This document shows, one piece after another, positions 24,815 to 26,154 of a DNA stretch of 26,154 bases. A program made the translations under genes and the position numbers. Positions within the stretch are counted from its first letter, which is position 1. The number at the start of each line of letters is the position of its first letter. Below the pieces are notes generated by a model. That model did not search any database, was not told where the DNA came from, and saw nothing but the letters and a program-made list of their open reading frames with translations. Source of the DNA: a virus. Its lineage: Duplodnaviria > Caudoviricetes. Location of the stretch: the IMG/VR virus record IMGVR_UViG_3300033475_000490, positions 1-26,154 of that record, one strand, 5' to 3'.

Positions 24815-25598
24815 CCGCCTCACTCTTGTCATAGTACAGACTCCTCGGTGTCATGCCCTTGTTGGCCAGACAGTTCTCTGCCTGGAAGCAGAACTGACAG
24901 TCGAAGCCAGTGTTGGCCTTGTAAATCTTGGCCTGCATCCGATCGTACACGGCCTGGTACTTGGCTCCAACCTCGGCGGGGTCAACCGCCGAGAGGTCTA
25001 CATACCTGGTGTTGGCTGAGCCGGGGGCCAGCATGACATACCGGCCCTTAACGTCTCCGTACAGCTTGTCCGAATGGCTCAGTAGTGCCGCATACGTCTC
25101 AAGCTGGAAGTTGCCGGGCTTGGTACTGCCAGTCTTCCAGTCGAGAATGACTGGACCCTTCTTCTTGTGCTCACCAATGATGTCGACGAACGCCTTCACT
25201 GGAACCGAAAGCCCTGGAAGGCTGCCTGAGGCGTCGTACTCCACCTCCCAGACGTCCAGTTCACCCAAGTACTGTTCGGCCCTCTCGGAGCACTCCAGGG
25301 CCCTCTGAAGGGCCCTCTCGTGGGTGATGGGGTCAGCCTTGGGGCCACCAGCCAACCACTGGGACAGGTCAGGCTCGATCTGCATCTGAGCTTCAACTAG
25401 AGCGTAGAACCTGCGAGTCAGATCGAACGGCTCGCCCCGAAGGCGAGCCTCAATGGACTCATGGACAGAGGTACCTATAGGAATGTACCAACTCTGCCTC
25501 TCCTCCCCGCCCCGAAGGCGGGCTAGATACCAGGAGCGGGGGCAGGAAGTGTACGCAGACCACTGCGAATAACTGATATGAGCGGGGAGAGATACCAT
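24798..25598 (-). CDS. Cas4/RecB-like PD-(D/E)XK exonuclease (266 aa)
   Basis: ISYSQ..CPRSWY, GTSVH, FVDII, ILDWKTG, QLETY, CQFC-x5-C Fe-S ligands. Confidence 0.9.
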   Translation of the reverse strand: MVSLPAHISYSQWSAYTSCPRSWYLARLRGGEERQSWYIPIGTSVHESIEARLRGEPFDLTRRFYALVEAQMQIEPDLSQWLAGGPKADPITHERALQRALECSERAEQYLGELDVWEVEYDASGSLPGLSVPVKAFVDIIGEHKKKGPVILDWKTGSTKPGNFQLETYAALLSHSDKLYGDVKGRYVMLAPGSANTRYVDLSAVDPAEVGAKYQAVYDRMQAKIYKANTGFDCQFCFQAENCLANKGMTPRSLYYDKSEADGIPF

Positions 25599-25613
25599 AC
25601 CCCTAGTATATCA
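25599..25613 (-). promoter_or_regulatory. extended -10 promoter, probably giving a leaderless exonuclease mRNA
   Basis: TGA-TATACT-AGGGGT-ATG on the minus strand. Confidence 0.55.
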
Positions 25614-26108
25614 GTCAACTGCTGTCTGTCGCTTGCGCAACTTGCGCTTCTGCCAGTCTGAGGCATTGTCCTCACGCCTACAGGTCTTGCACCTGCGCTT
25701 CCCGCGCTTGTCTATAGCGGTCCAGTCATCGTGTCCCCGCTTACAGAACTTAACTCTCTTACGCTCCGGGCCTTCGCCCGGAGCATGTCCATTGATCACT
25801 CTTGCGAGCTTGATCTTAGGTACCTGAGCCTCTGGGAACAGCCCCTCCGGGGGCTGTCCACCTCTAATAGTCCAGTATCTATCCTGCTCTGAAGAGTTGT
25901 TCTTGCAGGCTGCCCTTACGGGGCAGCCTGAGCAGATCTTCAATCCTTCAGCTATCAGCTCTTCCTGTTGCTCAAAAGTAATGCAGTCTAGATCTTGCAG
26001 CTCGAAGAGCTGCGGATCAAGCCCATTACATAGAGCATCAAGAGTCCAGTCGTCTACTGTCACGCCCCACCCTGAGGTGGGGCGGTACAGGTTGTTAGCT
26101 CTGACCAC
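25611..26108 (-). CDS. WhiB-family regulator fused to a C-terminal CxxGH...CxxC zinc-finger-like module; start uncertain
   Basis: WTLDALC..DPQLF..KICSGCPVRAAC..TIRGG (four WhiB Cys); FCKRGH...RRCKTC; frame open to the window edge, alternative GTG at 26063. Confidence 0.75.
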   Translation of the reverse strand: MVRANNLYRPTSGWGVTVDDWTLDALCNGLDPQLFELQDLDCITFEQQEELIAEGLKICSGCPVRAACKNNSSEQDRYWTIRGGQPPEGLFPEAQVPKIKLARVINGHAPGEGPERKRVKFCKRGHDDWTAIDKRGKRRCKTCRREDNASDWQKRKLRKRQTAVD

Positions 26109-26154
26109 GCAGCTCTCCCAGTGCTTCCGTACCTCTACCTTCTGGGCCCTCCCT

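Noticed and set aside
24798-25598. CRISPR-Cas system
   Set aside because: Solo Cas4-like nuclease typical of actinophages; no array or other cas genes seen.

Overview
A 26 kb internal segment of a high-GC, tailed actinobacteriophage genome. It is probably a Streptomyces-type podovirus-like phage: there is no tape-measure or major tail tube gene, but it has internal-virion, adaptor and nozzle-like genes plus WhiB, ThyX and a split primase. Host and taxonomy are inferred. The + arm (1-18224) is a virion and lysis operon: putative ejection proteins including two paralogous 432-aa peptidoglycan hydrolases, scaffold, major capsid, beta-helix tailspike, small proteins, adaptor, fibre, nozzle, membrane protein, stand-alone PG-binding domain and holin. 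It converges at an intrinsic terminator (18236-18267) with the - arm: WhiB-like regulator, Cas4/RecB-like exonuclease, SSB-like protein, HNH endonuclease, DnaB-like helicase, resolvase, split primase, dCMP deaminase, ThyX and many micro-ORFs. The most striking features are non-coding. (1) An 82-nt RNA (23595-23676, -) looks like the tRNA-like domain of tmRNA, with alanine identity G3.U70/A73 and a stemless D-loop, but has no tag-coding domain. (2) A 62-nt CCA-ending tRNA look-alike has no anticodon arm (6542-6603, +) and is followed by a structured leader of the scaffold gene. The helicase also appears to start at an ATC codon, in frame with the stop of an upstream HNH gene. All structures and alignments were made by eye; no searches were run.
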